Origin: a virus
DNA: 58,062 nucleotides
IMG/VR virus record: IMGVR_UViG_3300045988_053840
Strand: one strand, 5' to 3'
Shown: piece by piece, positions 1 to 9,782 of the stretch
Position numbering within the stretch: position 1 is the stretch's first letter
How the letters are laid out: the number at the start of each line of letters is the position of its first letter
Position numbers and translations under genes: made by a program
The notes under the pieces: model-generated
The model's database searches: none
The model's input: only the letters and a program-made list of their open reading frames with translations
Told to the model about the DNA's origin: nothing

Positions 1-59
1 AGGCTATTGTTGAAGAAGCACCTAAAACAGAAGATGTTGTTGAAGAAGCACCTAAAACA
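1..59. repeat. Terminal direct repeat copy 1 (identical to 58004..58062); probable circular-assembly overlap
   Basis: Direct read: nt 1-59 and nt 58004-58062 are the same 59-mer. The ORF opened at 57901 continues in frame across the junction. Confidence 0.9.
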
Positions 60-89
60 ACGAAAACAAGAAAGAAAGCGATTAAGTAG
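3..89 (+). CDS. 3' end of the junction-spanning small ORF that starts at 57901 (hypothetical, VEEAPKT repeat, Lys-rich tail)
   Basis: Carrying the 57901 frame through the overlap gives ...AIVEEAPKTEDVVEEAPKTTKTRKKAIK, with stop TAG at 87-89. Confidence 0.55.
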   Translation, partial: AIVEEAPKTEDVVEEAPKTTKTRKKAIK

Positions 90-105
90 TTAGGAGGTGG
101 GTTCC

Positions 106-492
106 ATGTATCTTTCTTATAGTGAATATAAAGAGCTTGGTGGTACAATGGACGAAGCCACTTTCAATAAGAATGAATTCGAGATTGAAAGTAAAATTGA
201 CTATCTAACTAATGGCAGAATTAAGAATCTATCTCAAGTACCACAAGCAGTCAAGATGTTATGTTTCAGGCTTGGAACGAGCTTTTGGGAAAAGGTAGAT
301 ATAGATGCACCTAATAACTTATCCAGTTATTCTAATGGGATTGAGAGTTTTGGCTATGCCAGCACGACTACATCACAATCATCTGGTACATCTGTTATAG
401 ATAAGCAGGTTAGCAACCTTGTAGCTGAGTATCTATGGGAATACCCCGAGTTATTATACAGAGGGAGGAAACAATGGAAGCAAAAGTTATAA
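106..492 (+). CDS. Head-tail connector/adaptor protein (putative, by position)
   Basis: ORF track 97..492. ATG 106 lies 8 nt after GGAGG. It is the first of four small genes between the capsid gene and the major tail gene. Confidence 0.4.
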   Translation: MYLSYSEYKELGGTMDEATFNKNEFEIESKIDYLTNGRIKNLSQVPQAVKMLCFRLGTSFWEKVDIDAPNNLSSYSNGIESFGYASTTTSQSSGTSVIDKQVSNLVAEYLWEYPELLYRGRKQWKQKL

Positions 493-884
493 CAATTGCA
501 AACAGGCTTAATCGAACAGATAGTGTGACTGGATTAGATGTATGGTATAAGGCAGAATTACATGACATCATCTATTCTAAGGAGCGTGTTACAGATGTAA
601 ATGGAACACAAGTAAGCGTAGGTGAAGTATTTACAATCTTGATACCATTTAATAAGTACTATAAGCCATATATTGAATGGAAGAAGTTAGCTGATAAAGA
701 TAGCTTCTATACATTATCACAAGGCGATTATATTTTCTTGACACAGGTTGAGGAAGATATACAACCTAATAATATAATGACTTTGAAGAACAGCTATAAG
801 CCGTTAGTATGTGAGGTGCGAAGCATTATAGAAGTACCACAGAAGCATGGTGCTACTATAAGATTGAAAGTGAGTGGTGTATAA
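474..884 (+). CDS. Head-tail joining protein (putative, by position)
   Basis: ORF track 435..884. ATG 474 is preceded by GAGGGAGG and overlaps the end of the upstream gene. Confidence 0.4.
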   Translation: MEAKVITIANRLNRTDSVTGLDVWYKAELHDIIYSKERVTDVNGTQVSVGEVFTILIPFNKYYKPYIEWKKLADKDSFYTLSQGDYIFLTQVEEDIQPNNIMTLKNSYKPLVCEVRSIIEVPQKHGATIRLKVSGV

Positions 885-1318
885 TGAGTACAGCTAAGGT
901 CACAACAACAATTTATGACCCAAAAGGTACTATTAGCAGGATTTTAGATGATGATGTGGGAAGATTCGTAGCCAGTGAATGGTCAAGATATTTTGCCAAG
1001 TATGTTCCAATGCGAGAAGGAACACTTGCACAGAATATTTCAATCGAACCATATCAAGTCACATATAATTCACCTTATGCTCATTATCAATGGGAAGGAA
1101 AATTATATGTTGACCCTATCACAGGAAAAGGAGCTTTCTATACCCCAGATTATGGATTTTGGAGCCGTCCTGGAGTAACTAAGATTCCAACTGATACACC
1201 ATTAAATTATAGCAAGGAGCAAAATCCATTAGCTACAAGCCATTGGGAAGTTCCTGCTTATAATGCTTTTAAAGATACTGTAGCAAAGGCAGTAACCAAT
1301 TACTTGAAAAGGAAGTGA
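884..1318 (+). CDS. Head-tail joining / minor-capsid-family protein (putative)
   Basis: ATGA start-stop overlap with the upstream gene. Gene order matches Sfi11/Dp-1-type head-tail modules. Confidence 0.4.
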   Translation: MSTAKVTTTIYDPKGTISRILDDDVGRFVASEWSRYFAKYVPMREGTLAQNISIEPYQVTYNSPYAHYQWEGKLYVDPITGKGAFYTPDYGFWSRPGVTKIPTDTPLNYSKEQNPLATSHWEVPAYNAFKDTVAKAVTNYLKRK

Positions 1319-1324
1319 TGAAAT

Positions 1325-1771
1325 ATGAATCTGTATAACAATATCAATCAATGGTTATCTGAAAACTATCTCCCCCTTATGAATAATAGCTGGTTATATT
1401 TCAACGCAACCCCGACAGTTATTGGAACCACTGCCATGAACAGTGTCGCTGGTAATCGAGTAACGAAAAGATTTATAGATGGAACGAAACAGCATGAATT
1501 GTTGTTTGGAATTGATATGATTACTCAATATGATAATCAAGGTACAAGTGATATTAATATGCAGGCTATGGATGAAGTTAATAAGTTTGCTGAATGGCTT
1601 GATACATTGAGTGTTGATAACTACCCAGATTTTGGTGAGAACAATACTATATTAAGAATAGAAGTATTGACTAATGTACCTAATTTATTGATTGATTCTA
1701 CACAACAGTTAGCAAAGTACCAGTTTCAGACAAGAATAACATATAATGAAGAAAGGAGTTTAAAATCATGA
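1325..1771 (+). CDS. Head-tail joining / tail completion protein (putative)
   Basis: 148-aa ORF directly upstream of, and overlapping, the putative major tail gene. Confidence 0.4.
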   Translation: MNLYNNINQWLSENYLPLMNNSWLYFNATPTVIGTTAMNSVAGNRVTKRFIDGTKQHELLFGIDMITQYDNQGTSDINMQAMDEVNKFAEWLDTLSVDNYPDFGENNTILRIEVLTNVPNLLIDSTQQLAKYQFQTRITYNEERSLKS

Positions 1772-2259
1772 AATTAGAGAGAGAAGCCTTAATGCATTAT
1801 CTTGATTCAACATTTAGTACATCTTCAGCATCCCCTAGTTGGTTTTTGATTGGTAAGGATATTGAGGATATGAGTGTTGAGCTTAATCCTGATACAGAAA
1901 CAACTAAGAATATCTTAGGGGAGACAACTGTTAAAGATAATGGTTATGAGCCTAGCATGTCAGCCGACCCATACTACGCTAATCCAGACGATAGCATATA
2001 TGAGAAGTTGAGAGACATTGCTATGAACAGGCTCAAGGGTGACAAGTGTAAAACAAGATTACTTGAAGTGCTTATTGATGATACATCATCAACATCATAT
2101 AAAGCATGGATGGAAGATGTTATTGTTAAACCTCAGTCATATGGTGGTGATACATCAGGAGTATCAATTCCATTTGATGTGCTTTTTGATGGCAACAGAA
2201 AAGAGGGTACAGTAACCATCACAGGTGGTGTACCAACATTCACACCCAAAGAAAGCTAG
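1768..2259 (+). CDS. Major tail protein (putative)
   Basis: 163-aa ORF immediately before the chaperone/Gp15/tape-measure genes. It is followed by a strong hairpin terminator, as is common after highly expressed tail tube genes. Confidence 0.5.
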   Translation: MKLEREALMHYLDSTFSTSSASPSWFLIGKDIEDMSVELNPDTETTKNILGETTVKDNGYEPSMSADPYYANPDDSIYEKLRDIAMNRLKGDKCKTRLLEVLIDDTSSTSYKAWMEDVIVKPQSYGGDTSGVSIPFDVLFDGNRKEGTVTITGGVPTFTPKES

Positions 2260-2327
2260 TCAAGACACTAGCATAACAGAAACACAATCATTGTTAGATG
2301 ATTATAAATCAATTATTGATTAATCAT

Positions 2328-2368
2328 AAGGATAAGGGTATTTGATTATCCTTATCCTTAATTTTTTA
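2328..2368 (+). terminator. Rho-independent terminator after major tail gene
   Basis: aaggataagg (2328-2337) pairs with ccttatcctt (2350-2359), followed by aatttttta. Confidence 0.7.
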
Positions 2369-2387
2369 TTTTAGGAGGATTTCACAA

Positions 2388-2816
2388 ATGGCAAGTATTA
2401 AGATTGAAACAGGTTTAAAAACATACGATATTGAAGATGAGCATGGCAATGTAAGAGGACAGATTACCATTAATCCTAAGGATATGGGGTTTTTTGGCAG
2501 AGCAATGAAAATGAAAGAAACTATCTTACATTACATGGATGACTTAGATGTAAATGATTCTACTAAGACAGAACAGCAGATTATTGAGATATTTGATAAC
2601 ACAGATAAACTTATCAAGGAAGAGATTGATAAGCTGTTCGGTGAAGGAACAAGTATTACAATATTTGGACATCAAAGTTCTTTATCTACTATTAATGGAA
2701 TAACATTTGTTGAGCGTTTCTTATCTGCATTTATGCCTATCATACAGGAAGAGTTCAAGCAGGAAATGCAGAACAGTTCTGCTAGAATTGATAAATATGT
2801 GAGTCAGGTGAAGTAA
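2388..2816 (+). CDS. Tail assembly chaperone (putative)
   Basis: Acidic 142-aa ORF after AGGAGG, sitting between the tail tube and tape measure genes. Confidence 0.4.
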   Translation: MASIKIETGLKTYDIEDEHGNVRGQITINPKDMGFFGRAMKMKETILHYMDDLDVNDSTKTEQQIIEIFDNTDKLIKEEIDKLFGEGTSITIFGHQSSLSTINGITFVERFLSAFMPIIQEEFKQEMQNSSARIDKYVSQVK

Positions 2817-2817
2817 T

Positions 2818-3369
2818 ATGATAGGGCGACTTCCTACAACATTGACAGTAGATGGAAAAGACTATGATATCCGTACTGATTATCGAGATTGTCTTACTGT
2901 TATAACAGCCTTTAATGACCCAGAATTATCTAAACTGGAGAAAATAATTATAACAGTCAAGATTATCTATATAAATCCTCCTGAAAACATCCAAGAAGCA
3001 TATGAGAAGGCAATGTGGTTCTTGGATTGTGGGAAGGATTTAACTCAAGATGATAAACCTAAACCTCAACTATATGACTGGGTACAGGACGAACAGATGA
3101 TGTTTTCGGCTATTAATAAAGTGGCAGGAAAAGAGGTTCGTGCAGAAAAATATATGCACTGGTGGACATTTATGGGCTTATTTAATGAAATAGGCGAGGG
3201 AATGTTTGCTAGTGTTGTTAATATAAGAAATAAGAAAGCTAGACATAAGAAGCTGGAAAAGTACGAACAGGAAATGTATAGAGAATATAAAGATATTATT
3301 GATTTACACACAAAGAAAAAACAGCGGAGCGATGAGGAAAAAGCCGCATTGGAAAAACTGCTTTCATAA
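2818..3369 (+). CDS. Gp15-family tail assembly protein (putative)
   Basis: N-terminus MIGRLPTTLTVDGKDYDIRTDYRDCL resembles the phage Gp15 family found directly upstream of tape measure genes in Firmicutes siphoviruses. Confidence 0.45.
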   Translation: MIGRLPTTLTVDGKDYDIRTDYRDCLTVITAFNDPELSKLEKIIITVKIIYINPPENIQEAYEKAMWFLDCGKDLTQDDKPKPQLYDWVQDEQMMFSAINKVAGKEVRAEKYMHWWTFMGLFNEIGEGMFASVVNIRNKKARHKKLEKYEQEMYREYKDIIDLHTKKKQRSDEEKAALEKLLS

Positions 3370-3387
3370 ATATAGAAAGGAGGTAGT

Positions 3388-6003
3388 ATGGCAGACGGAA
3401 AAGTTATAATTGAAACTGGCTTGGATATGACTGGTGCAACTAAAGATTTGAATAATCTTGGTAAGACTATAGATAATAAAAGTCAAAAAGCTACAAAAAA
3501 ATTAAATAAAGAAACTACATCACTAGAAAAAAATCTAAAGAAAACAGGTACCACTGGAGCTAAATCTATGCAACAGATATCCAGTGGAGCAAATAAGTCA
3601 TCTAAGTCTGTTAGTGGATTAAAAGCATCTTTAGGAAAAATAGCTGGTATCTTAGCGGCAGGTTTTTCTATAGGGGCTATTGTTAATATAGGAAAAGAAG
3701 CTGTAAATCTTGCTTCGGATTTGACAGAAGTACAAAATGTCGTGGATACTGCATTTGGTTCTATGTCACAGAAGATGGAAGATTTCGCTGATACTGCTAT
3801 TGACACATATGGTATATCTAAACTGACCGCCAAGAATATAGGTTCCACTTACACAGCTATGGCAAGAGGTATGGGTCAGTCATTAGATGAAGCCACAGAC
3901 AAAGCACTTGAAATGACTGGAAGAGTGGCGGATATAGCTTCCTTCTACAATTTGACTATAGATAGAGCCAATACAATAGGAAGAGCTGTATATTCAGGTG
4001 AAACAGAACCTTTGAAACAGATTGGTGTTATAATGACAGAAAACCAATTAGCGGCATTCGCTCTAGCTAATGGCTATGCTACATTATATAAGAATATGAA
4101 TGCCGCTCAGAAATTGGAAGTGCGACAGGCTTACTTCTTATCACAGACTAATCTTGCCGCTGGAGACTTTGTTAAAACTCAAAATTCTTGGTCTAATCAG
4201 ACTAAGATTTTATCTGAGAGATGGAAAGAATTTCTTTCTGTTTTAGGTACTGGATTGATACAGATTCTTGCTCCGGTCTTGAAATTCTTGAATCAGTTTG
4301 TTTCTGCAATGACTTCCGCCTTGACAGCTTTCAATAAGTTTTTAGGTATTAATACAGAAGTATCTGCTACAGGTGCGGCAGGAATAGCTGATATTGCGGA
4401 TAGCATGGATGATGTAACAAGTAGTACAGAAGACGCTACGGAGGCACAGAAAGATTTACTAGGGAGCTATGATAAACTTAATGTAATATCTAAAGATACA
4501 AGCTCTGGCGCATCCGGAGCAGGTAGCGGAGCTGGTGCAGGTGGATTAGATATAACAGAAACAGTTGATGAGGATAAGACTAAGTTCCTTGATTCTCAAG
4601 TTGGAAAAATGAAAAAGATATTAGATGGTTTTTCCAATTATGTAAAAACTAATTTTGGAGACACATTTAAAAATATCGGTACTGGTATGAAGAATAATAT
4701 GTCTAATACCAAGACAATCTTTTCTAATATACTTGAGGATATTAAGGCATTAATTCCTCCTTTTATAAATTACTTAAATACAGATTTTCCAGCTTTAATA
4801 AATACAGCCCTTACTACTGTGGGAAATGTAATAAATGGTACATGGGATTCTCTTAATCTTGTATTAAGTACTTCTTGGGATGCTTATTTCTATCCCATTT
4901 TAGCTAAATTCATAACAGTAGGTCTTCCAGTACTCACACAATTCAAGACAGAAGCCATTGACACATTTAATACACTTTTTAATGTAGTTAAAAATATTTT
5001 TGACACATTATGGACAGAAGGCATTGTTCCTTTTTTAACATTGCTTTCTACAGTGTGGACGGGTGTCATGGACATAGTGGCTAATCTATGGGAAGAACAT
5101 GGACAGCCAATATTTGAAAGCATTAAAACAGCCATACAAGGGATTGGTGACACAATTCTTAATATATGGGATACAATCTTAAAGCCTATATGGAATACAC
5201 TTATTTCAGCTTTAACTGAATTATGGACAGAACATATTGCTCCATTACTTGAAAAGTTTGGTGGATTTGTTGCTAAGTTAATTGAACTTGGATTATTGAT
5301 TTATAATAAATTTATACTTCCAATAATCAATTGGTTTGTTGATATGTTCGGACCAGCAATAGGTTCAGCTATTTCGACCGCAATAGAAGTAATATCTAAC
5401 ATAATAGGTCCAATTATGGATGTTGTGGCTGACATATTCTCTATATTCGGTGGAGTTATAGATTTCATAACAGGTATTCTTACGGGTGACTGGGAAAAAG
5501 CATGGCAAGGAATTGTTGATATATTCGGCGGAATATGGGATACAATTGTAGACATTATCAAAGCACCCCTCAATCTTGTTATTGGCTTGATTAATGGACT
5601 TCTTACTGCTATAGAGACAGGGGTTAATTTCGTTATAAAAGCCGTTAATAAATTGAGCTTTGATGTGCCTGACTGGGTTCCCGGAATTGGTGGTGAAACA
5701 TTTGGATTTGATTTAGATGAAGCATCATTTACTAAGATTCCTTATCTTGCCAGTGGTGCAGTAATTCCACCTAATAAAGAATTTATGGCTGTTTTAGGTG
5801 ACCAGTCTTCAGGTACTAATATTGAAACTCCACTTAAAACAATGATTGAAGCATTCAATGCCGCATTAGATGCAAGAGGAGGTTCTAGCCATGAACCTAT
5901 AATCTTACAACTTCCTAATGGAAAAGTTATTGCTGAGCTTGTATGGAGTGAAGAAGAGAAACGATATAAACAGACAGGTTCATACAGACCTAAATATTCA
6001 TAG
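3388..6003 (+). CDS. Tail tape measure protein
   Basis: 871 aa. It has a Lys-rich coiled N-terminus, a Gly/Ala/Ser linker (GASGAGSGAGAGG) and long hydrophobic W/I/L-rich repeats, and sits after the chaperone genes. Confidence 0.85.
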   Translation: MADGKVIIETGLDMTGATKDLNNLGKTIDNKSQKATKKLNKETTSLEKNLKKTGTTGAKSMQQISSGANKSSKSVSGLKASLGKIAGILAAGFSIGAIVNIGKEAVNLASDLTEVQNVVDTAFGSMSQKMEDFADTAIDTYGISKLTAKNIGSTYTAMARGMGQSLDEATDKALEMTGRVADIASFYNLTIDRANTIGRAVYSGETEPLKQIGVIMTENQLAAFALANGYATLYKNMNAAQKLEVRQAYFLSQTNLAAGDFVKTQNSWSNQTKILSERWKEFLSVLGTGLIQILAPVLKFLNQFVSAMTSALTAFNKFLGINTEVSATGAAGIADIADSMDDVTSSTEDATEAQKDLLGSYDKLNVISKDTSSGASGAGSGAGAGGLDITETVDEDKTKFLDSQVGKMKKILDGFSNYVKTNFGDTFKNIGTGMKNNMSNTKTIFSNILEDIKALIPPFINYLNTDFPALINTALTTVGNVINGTWDSLNLVLSTSWDAYFYPILAKFITVGLPVLTQFKTEAIDTFNTLFNVVKNIFDTLWTEGIVPFLTLLSTVWTGVMDIVANLWEEHGQPIFESIKTAIQGIGDTILNIWDTILKPIWNTLISALTELWTEHIAPLLEKFGGFVAKLIELGLLIYNKFILPIINWFVDMFGPAIGSAISTAIEVISNIIGPIMDVVADIFSIFGGVIDFITGILTGDWEKAWQGIVDIFGGIWDTIVDIIKAPLNLVIGLINGLLTAIETGVNFVIKAVNKLSFDVPDWVPGIGGETFGFDLDEASFTKIPYLASGAVIPPNKEFMAVLGDQSSGTNIETPLKTMIEAFNAALDARGGSSHEPIILQLPNGKVIAELVWSEEEKRYKQTGSYRPKYS

Positions 6004-6019
6004 ACTGGAGGTGATATAA

Positions 6020-6445
6020 ATGGTCAATAGTCCATTTAAAGGCTATCTAATAAGAGCCATTGATACAGATACTATATTAGATGGAACCTATATAGTATCT
6101 TCTTCTTGGAAAGCTACACCTAATCAGCGTGAGGAGATTAAGGCATGGCGAGATGAAAATTCACGAGACTTATTTAGAATTACAGCAGAGGGTGAAAAGA
6201 GTACTTTTCAATTTGACACTATAGACGGAATGAACCTTGAACAGAAGATGGATTTCCAAAAGTTTTTCACAGATGCAGAAACTAATGCAAAGGAAAGAAA
6301 GATACATCTTGAATATTGGAATGATGAAGATAATGCCTATGCGACAGGTTATTTCTACCGACCTAATATGGAGTTTACAATACAGGACTATACAGCAGAT
6401 GATATAACATATTCAAGCATGAGTTTTGAATTTGTTGAGTATTAA
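6020..6445 (+). CDS. Tail component, possible distal tail protein
   Basis: 141-aa ORF immediately after the tape measure gene. Function assigned by position only. Confidence 0.3.
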   Translation: MVNSPFKGYLIRAIDTDTILDGTYIVSSSWKATPNQREEIKAWRDENSRDLFRITAEGEKSTFQFDTIDGMNLEQKMDFQKFFTDAETNAKERKIHLEYWNDEDNAYATGYFYRPNMEFTIQDYTADDITYSSMSFEFVEY

Positions 6446-6463
6446 AAGTAAAGGAGAACTAAT

Positions 6464-8413
6464 ATGGAATTTAATCGCCAGACAATTATAACATTTCCAG
6501 ATGATACTGACATACCTGATATAACAACAGGTATTGTCAGTGGTTCTCTTAATTTAGAAGAAATACTTTGTTCATCAGATTTGAATTTTGGTGAATTTAA
6601 TGCTTCCAGCTTCTCAGCTCAATTATATTATGACAATAATATTAAGGGTAAAAAAATACAAGTATATCAGCTTGTTAATAATGAAAAGATTGCTATATTT
6701 ACAGGAATTGTTGATAGTTGTATTCGTGACGACCATAGTTATTTTAGAGACTTAGTGGCATATGATGAAGCGTACGAAAAAAGAGATACTAATGTATCCG
6801 AATGGTGGTCTTCGTTTTGGGGTACACATACTTCAGCCACAATCAAATTAATTAGAAATGATTTACTTTCATATATGAATATAACATATATTGAAAAAGA
6901 GCTTCCTAATGATGATTTAGAAATAACTTCTGATGTAAGTTATGACAGCTTACCTTTTGGGGATATGCTACAATATATATGTCAATTACAGTGTTGTTTT
7001 CCCCACATGAACCGCATAGGAACACTTGAGTTCATTACACTTGATACAGATACAACTAATGCAGTAGAAATCAAAGATGATGAATACGAAAACAACAACA
7101 CTACATTTGAAACATATTCAACCGCTAGAATAACTCAAGTACAGATTGACGGTGGTAGTAATAGTATAGCCGCAACAATAGGTCAAGAAGGAAACACTTA
7201 TACTATTAGTAACAACATGCTATTATCTGGCTTAGATTCAGAAATACTTGGACAAGCGGCTACTAATGTATTAGAAGCTAGTAAGAATATAACATTTACA
7301 CCTTGCACAATCAAGATGCTATATAATCACCTTGATTTACATTTAGGTCAAATGATTACAATAAGCGGTGGTGAACATACTTATATCATGAATAATAGTA
7401 TGTCTGGAACACAGCTTGTTGAACAAGAGATACAAATACAAGCAGATGAGTATTTTAACAAGACAGCTGGATTTAGTAGTAATATTGGACAGATTGAAGA
7501 TATTAAAACAACATATAAGAATAACTTCTATGCTTATACTTATACTAATGCAAAAGCAATAGAAGTAAAAGATACCCCACAGTCCGTTATTAAATTTAAT
7601 TTATCTGCAACAGCTAAAACAGATGTAATATTTATGGCTATGATTCCAATAACACTTGATTTAGATGGTTATGTAACCGCAACATACTCAATCAATAAAG
7701 TGGCTGTGCCTGAAGATACTGTTAGAGCTTATTACAATAAGGGTGATAATATACTTACATTAGTTAATTATCTCACTATGGACGAAAATGGTAGATTGAC
7801 TTTTTATGTATCTTTGAATACTGAATATATAGAAAGTGTTGAAAGACAACATACTGCCAAAATTATATCATTCGAGAATTATATTAAGACATCTAAATAT
7901 ACTGAGCAGGCAGTTGATACTACTATTCCAAAACTTAATATTAAAGAGTTATCTATTAAAGCAGTTTGCTTTGCTAAAGCACTTGCAGGTGAACAGAAAT
8001 GGGATGGAACTATTGATATTGCTGAAACATTTGCAGGAGTTACTCTTGGTGGTTTATCAATCGCAAATATGAGAGATTCTGTTAATGTTAAAACACAGAT
8101 TCCTACTGGTGTATCATTTACAGAAGTATTTGCAGGAATCAAGTTAGGTGGATTAAGTGTAGCTTCAATGACAGATAGTGTATCAACATCTGATATAGAT
8201 TTTGTTATTCATTATTATACTATTGATATTTCTAAGAAATCAAAGTATACTTATGATAACAATTATGTTCTTACTGATACTAAGTATGAACTTAGAACAG
8301 ATTATACTTATGTAGGAACGGAAGAAATTATTGACGCAGGTACAATGGAATCTGTATCACTTGACTTCACTAAGTTTACAGAAGTTCAGGAGGTGACTAT
8401 AACATGTGGTTAA
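6464..8413 (+). CDS. Tail-associated / baseplate protein (Tal-like, putative)
   Basis: 649 aa, second gene after the tape measure. It contains an internal repeat (FAGVTLGGLSIANMRDSV / FAGIKLGGLSVASMTDSV). Confidence 0.4.
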   Translation: MEFNRQTIITFPDDTDIPDITTGIVSGSLNLEEILCSSDLNFGEFNASSFSAQLYYDNNIKGKKIQVYQLVNNEKIAIFTGIVDSCIRDDHSYFRDLVAYDEAYEKRDTNVSEWWSSFWGTHTSATIKLIRNDLLSYMNITYIEKELPNDDLEITSDVSYDSLPFGDMLQYICQLQCCFPHMNRIGTLEFITLDTDTTNAVEIKDDEYENNNTTFETYSTARITQVQIDGGSNSIAATIGQEGNTYTISNNMLLSGLDSEILGQAATNVLEASKNITFTPCTIKMLYNHLDLHLGQMITISGGEHTYIMNNSMSGTQLVEQEIQIQADEYFNKTAGFSSNIGQIEDIKTTYKNNFYAYTYTNAKAIEVKDTPQSVIKFNLSATAKTDVIFMAMIPITLDLDGYVTATYSINKVAVPEDTVRAYYNKGDNILTLVNYLTMDENGRLTFYVSLNTEYIESVERQHTAKIISFENYIKTSKYTEQAVDTTIPKLNIKELSIKAVCFAKALAGEQKWDGTIDIAETFAGVTLGGLSIANMRDSVNVKTQIPTGVSFTEVFAGIKLGGLSVASMTDSVSTSDIDFVIHYYTIDISKKSKYTYDNNYVLTDTKYELRTDYTYVGTEEIIDAGTMESVSLDFTKFTEVQEVTITCG

Positions 8414-9771
8414 GATGGACAATTACTAAGCTAAAAGGTTCTACTAATATTTGTCAAATGGCAGAATTATATTTATATGATAAAGACAGCAATAAGCTAG
8501 GTTGGATATCTGGAACCACTGTTAATGCACCAAGTCAGGCTTCCTATTCAAGTGGTGAAGGTCCAGAGAAAATCATTGACGGAAATGTAAATACTAAGTT
8601 CTGTTTGTTAAATTTTAATATTTATACTACAAGTGGTATGTCTATAGTAATTGAAATACCTGAAACCATAGATTTTACTTCTTATTCATATGTAACAGCT
8701 AACGATGGTTCAGAAAGAGACCCTATAAGCTGGACATTAGAATTAAGTTATGATAATGAAACGTGGTTCACAGTATCAGAAATATCTGGTGCTACTATTA
8801 CAGATAATAGATTAACAGAAACTCAAAAATGGGGGGTTTTATCATCCACATGGAGTGCAGATGCTAATTATATGATGATAACCACAGGCGATATATGTAC
8901 AGTAGCAGGGAGAACCTATAGTAAGATTAATTCTGATAGAGCGATTGTAGGAGCTTTTTATAACATAGGAGGGTATACTGAACCTATATTAGTGTCTGAT
9001 ATTCCACAAGCTGTATCCTATTATGCTTATGGAAGCACATTCACTTATATAGATACCATAGAATATCTTGGTATAACATGGTATATTAGTAGTACTAAAT
9101 ATTTTATGGAAGGCAATTATTTAGTTTCTGGATATGCTCAAAAATTATCTGATGAACCAATGACATATAAGCAAGCGGCTGAATTGTTATTACAAAAAGC
9201 CAATGTAAGTATACCAACAACAATATCAATTAAATACTTAATTCAATCAGACAATATACTATATACGATTGAAAACAATGAACTTAAAGCGTTAGAAGTC
9301 ACTGAATTAACTTCAGAAACATTTAAAACATATGGTTCAGATATAGCACCAACATTTGATATTTTAAATGTGTTTACAAAACCAAAAATATATTGTTGGA
9401 CAGATGATACACAAATGCACACTTTAACTGCTTCTGTTAAAAGTACACCAAAACCACAAACTGTCATAACTAATGATATAGATATATCAGATAAAACTAT
9501 TACAGGTATTGAAAAAGTTACAGCTACTTATACTGGAAATCCTTTGATTGCTTGTAGTTTTGATGGCGGTACAACTTGGAAATTATACAATGGTGTGACT
9601 TGGGTTGTACTGAGTGAGACTGAAACAGGTATGACAATGGAAACATTGTTGGCAATAACTACTGAAAGTTGGACAGAGGTAATTAAAGGATTAGATTCTT
9701 TTAAAATGAGATTTACATTATCCACAACAGATGATACAGTTACTAATATAGTTATTAACTTTACTAATTAA
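8404..9771 (+). CDS. Baseplate protein with N-terminal discoidin (F5/8 type C)-like sugar-binding domain; candidate receptor-binding protein
   Basis: ELYLYDKD...GEGPEKIIDGNVNTKFC...SWTLELSYDNETWFTV resembles galactose-binding-like domains. It lies in the tail tip gene block. Confidence 0.4.
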   Translation: MWLRWTITKLKGSTNICQMAELYLYDKDSNKLGWISGTTVNAPSQASYSSGEGPEKIIDGNVNTKFCLLNFNIYTTSGMSIVIEIPETIDFTSYSYVTANDGSERDPISWTLELSYDNETWFTVSEISGATITDNRLTETQKWGVLSSTWSADANYMMITTGDICTVAGRTYSKINSDRAIVGAFYNIGGYTEPILVSDIPQAVSYYAYGSTFTYIDTIEYLGITWYISSTKYFMEGNYLVSGYAQKLSDEPMTYKQAAELLLQKANVSIPTTISIKYLIQSDNILYTIENNELKALEVTELTSETFKTYGSDIAPTFDILNVFTKPKIYCWTDDTQMHTLTASVKSTPKPQTVITNDIDISDKTITGIEKVTATYTGNPLIACSFDGGTTWKLYNGVTWVVLSETETGMTMETLLAITTESWTEVIKGLDSFKMRFTLSTTDDTVTNIVINFTN

Positions 9772-9782
9772 GGAGGTTATAT

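Noticed and set aside
2700-2830. Programmed -1 frameshift between the tail chaperone gene (2388..2816) and the next gene, as in many siphovirus G/GT pairs.
   Set aside because: No slippery heptamer is visible near the 3' end. The downstream Gp15-like ORF has its own ATG 1 nt after the stop (TAATATG).
3066-5573. Minus-strand ORFs inside the Gp15 and tape-measure genes (3066..3311, 3483..3848, 4890..5153, 5301..5573).
   Set aside because: They are antisense shadows of long, well-supported + strand genes. They have no RBS or promoter and a hydrophobic, low-complexity composition.
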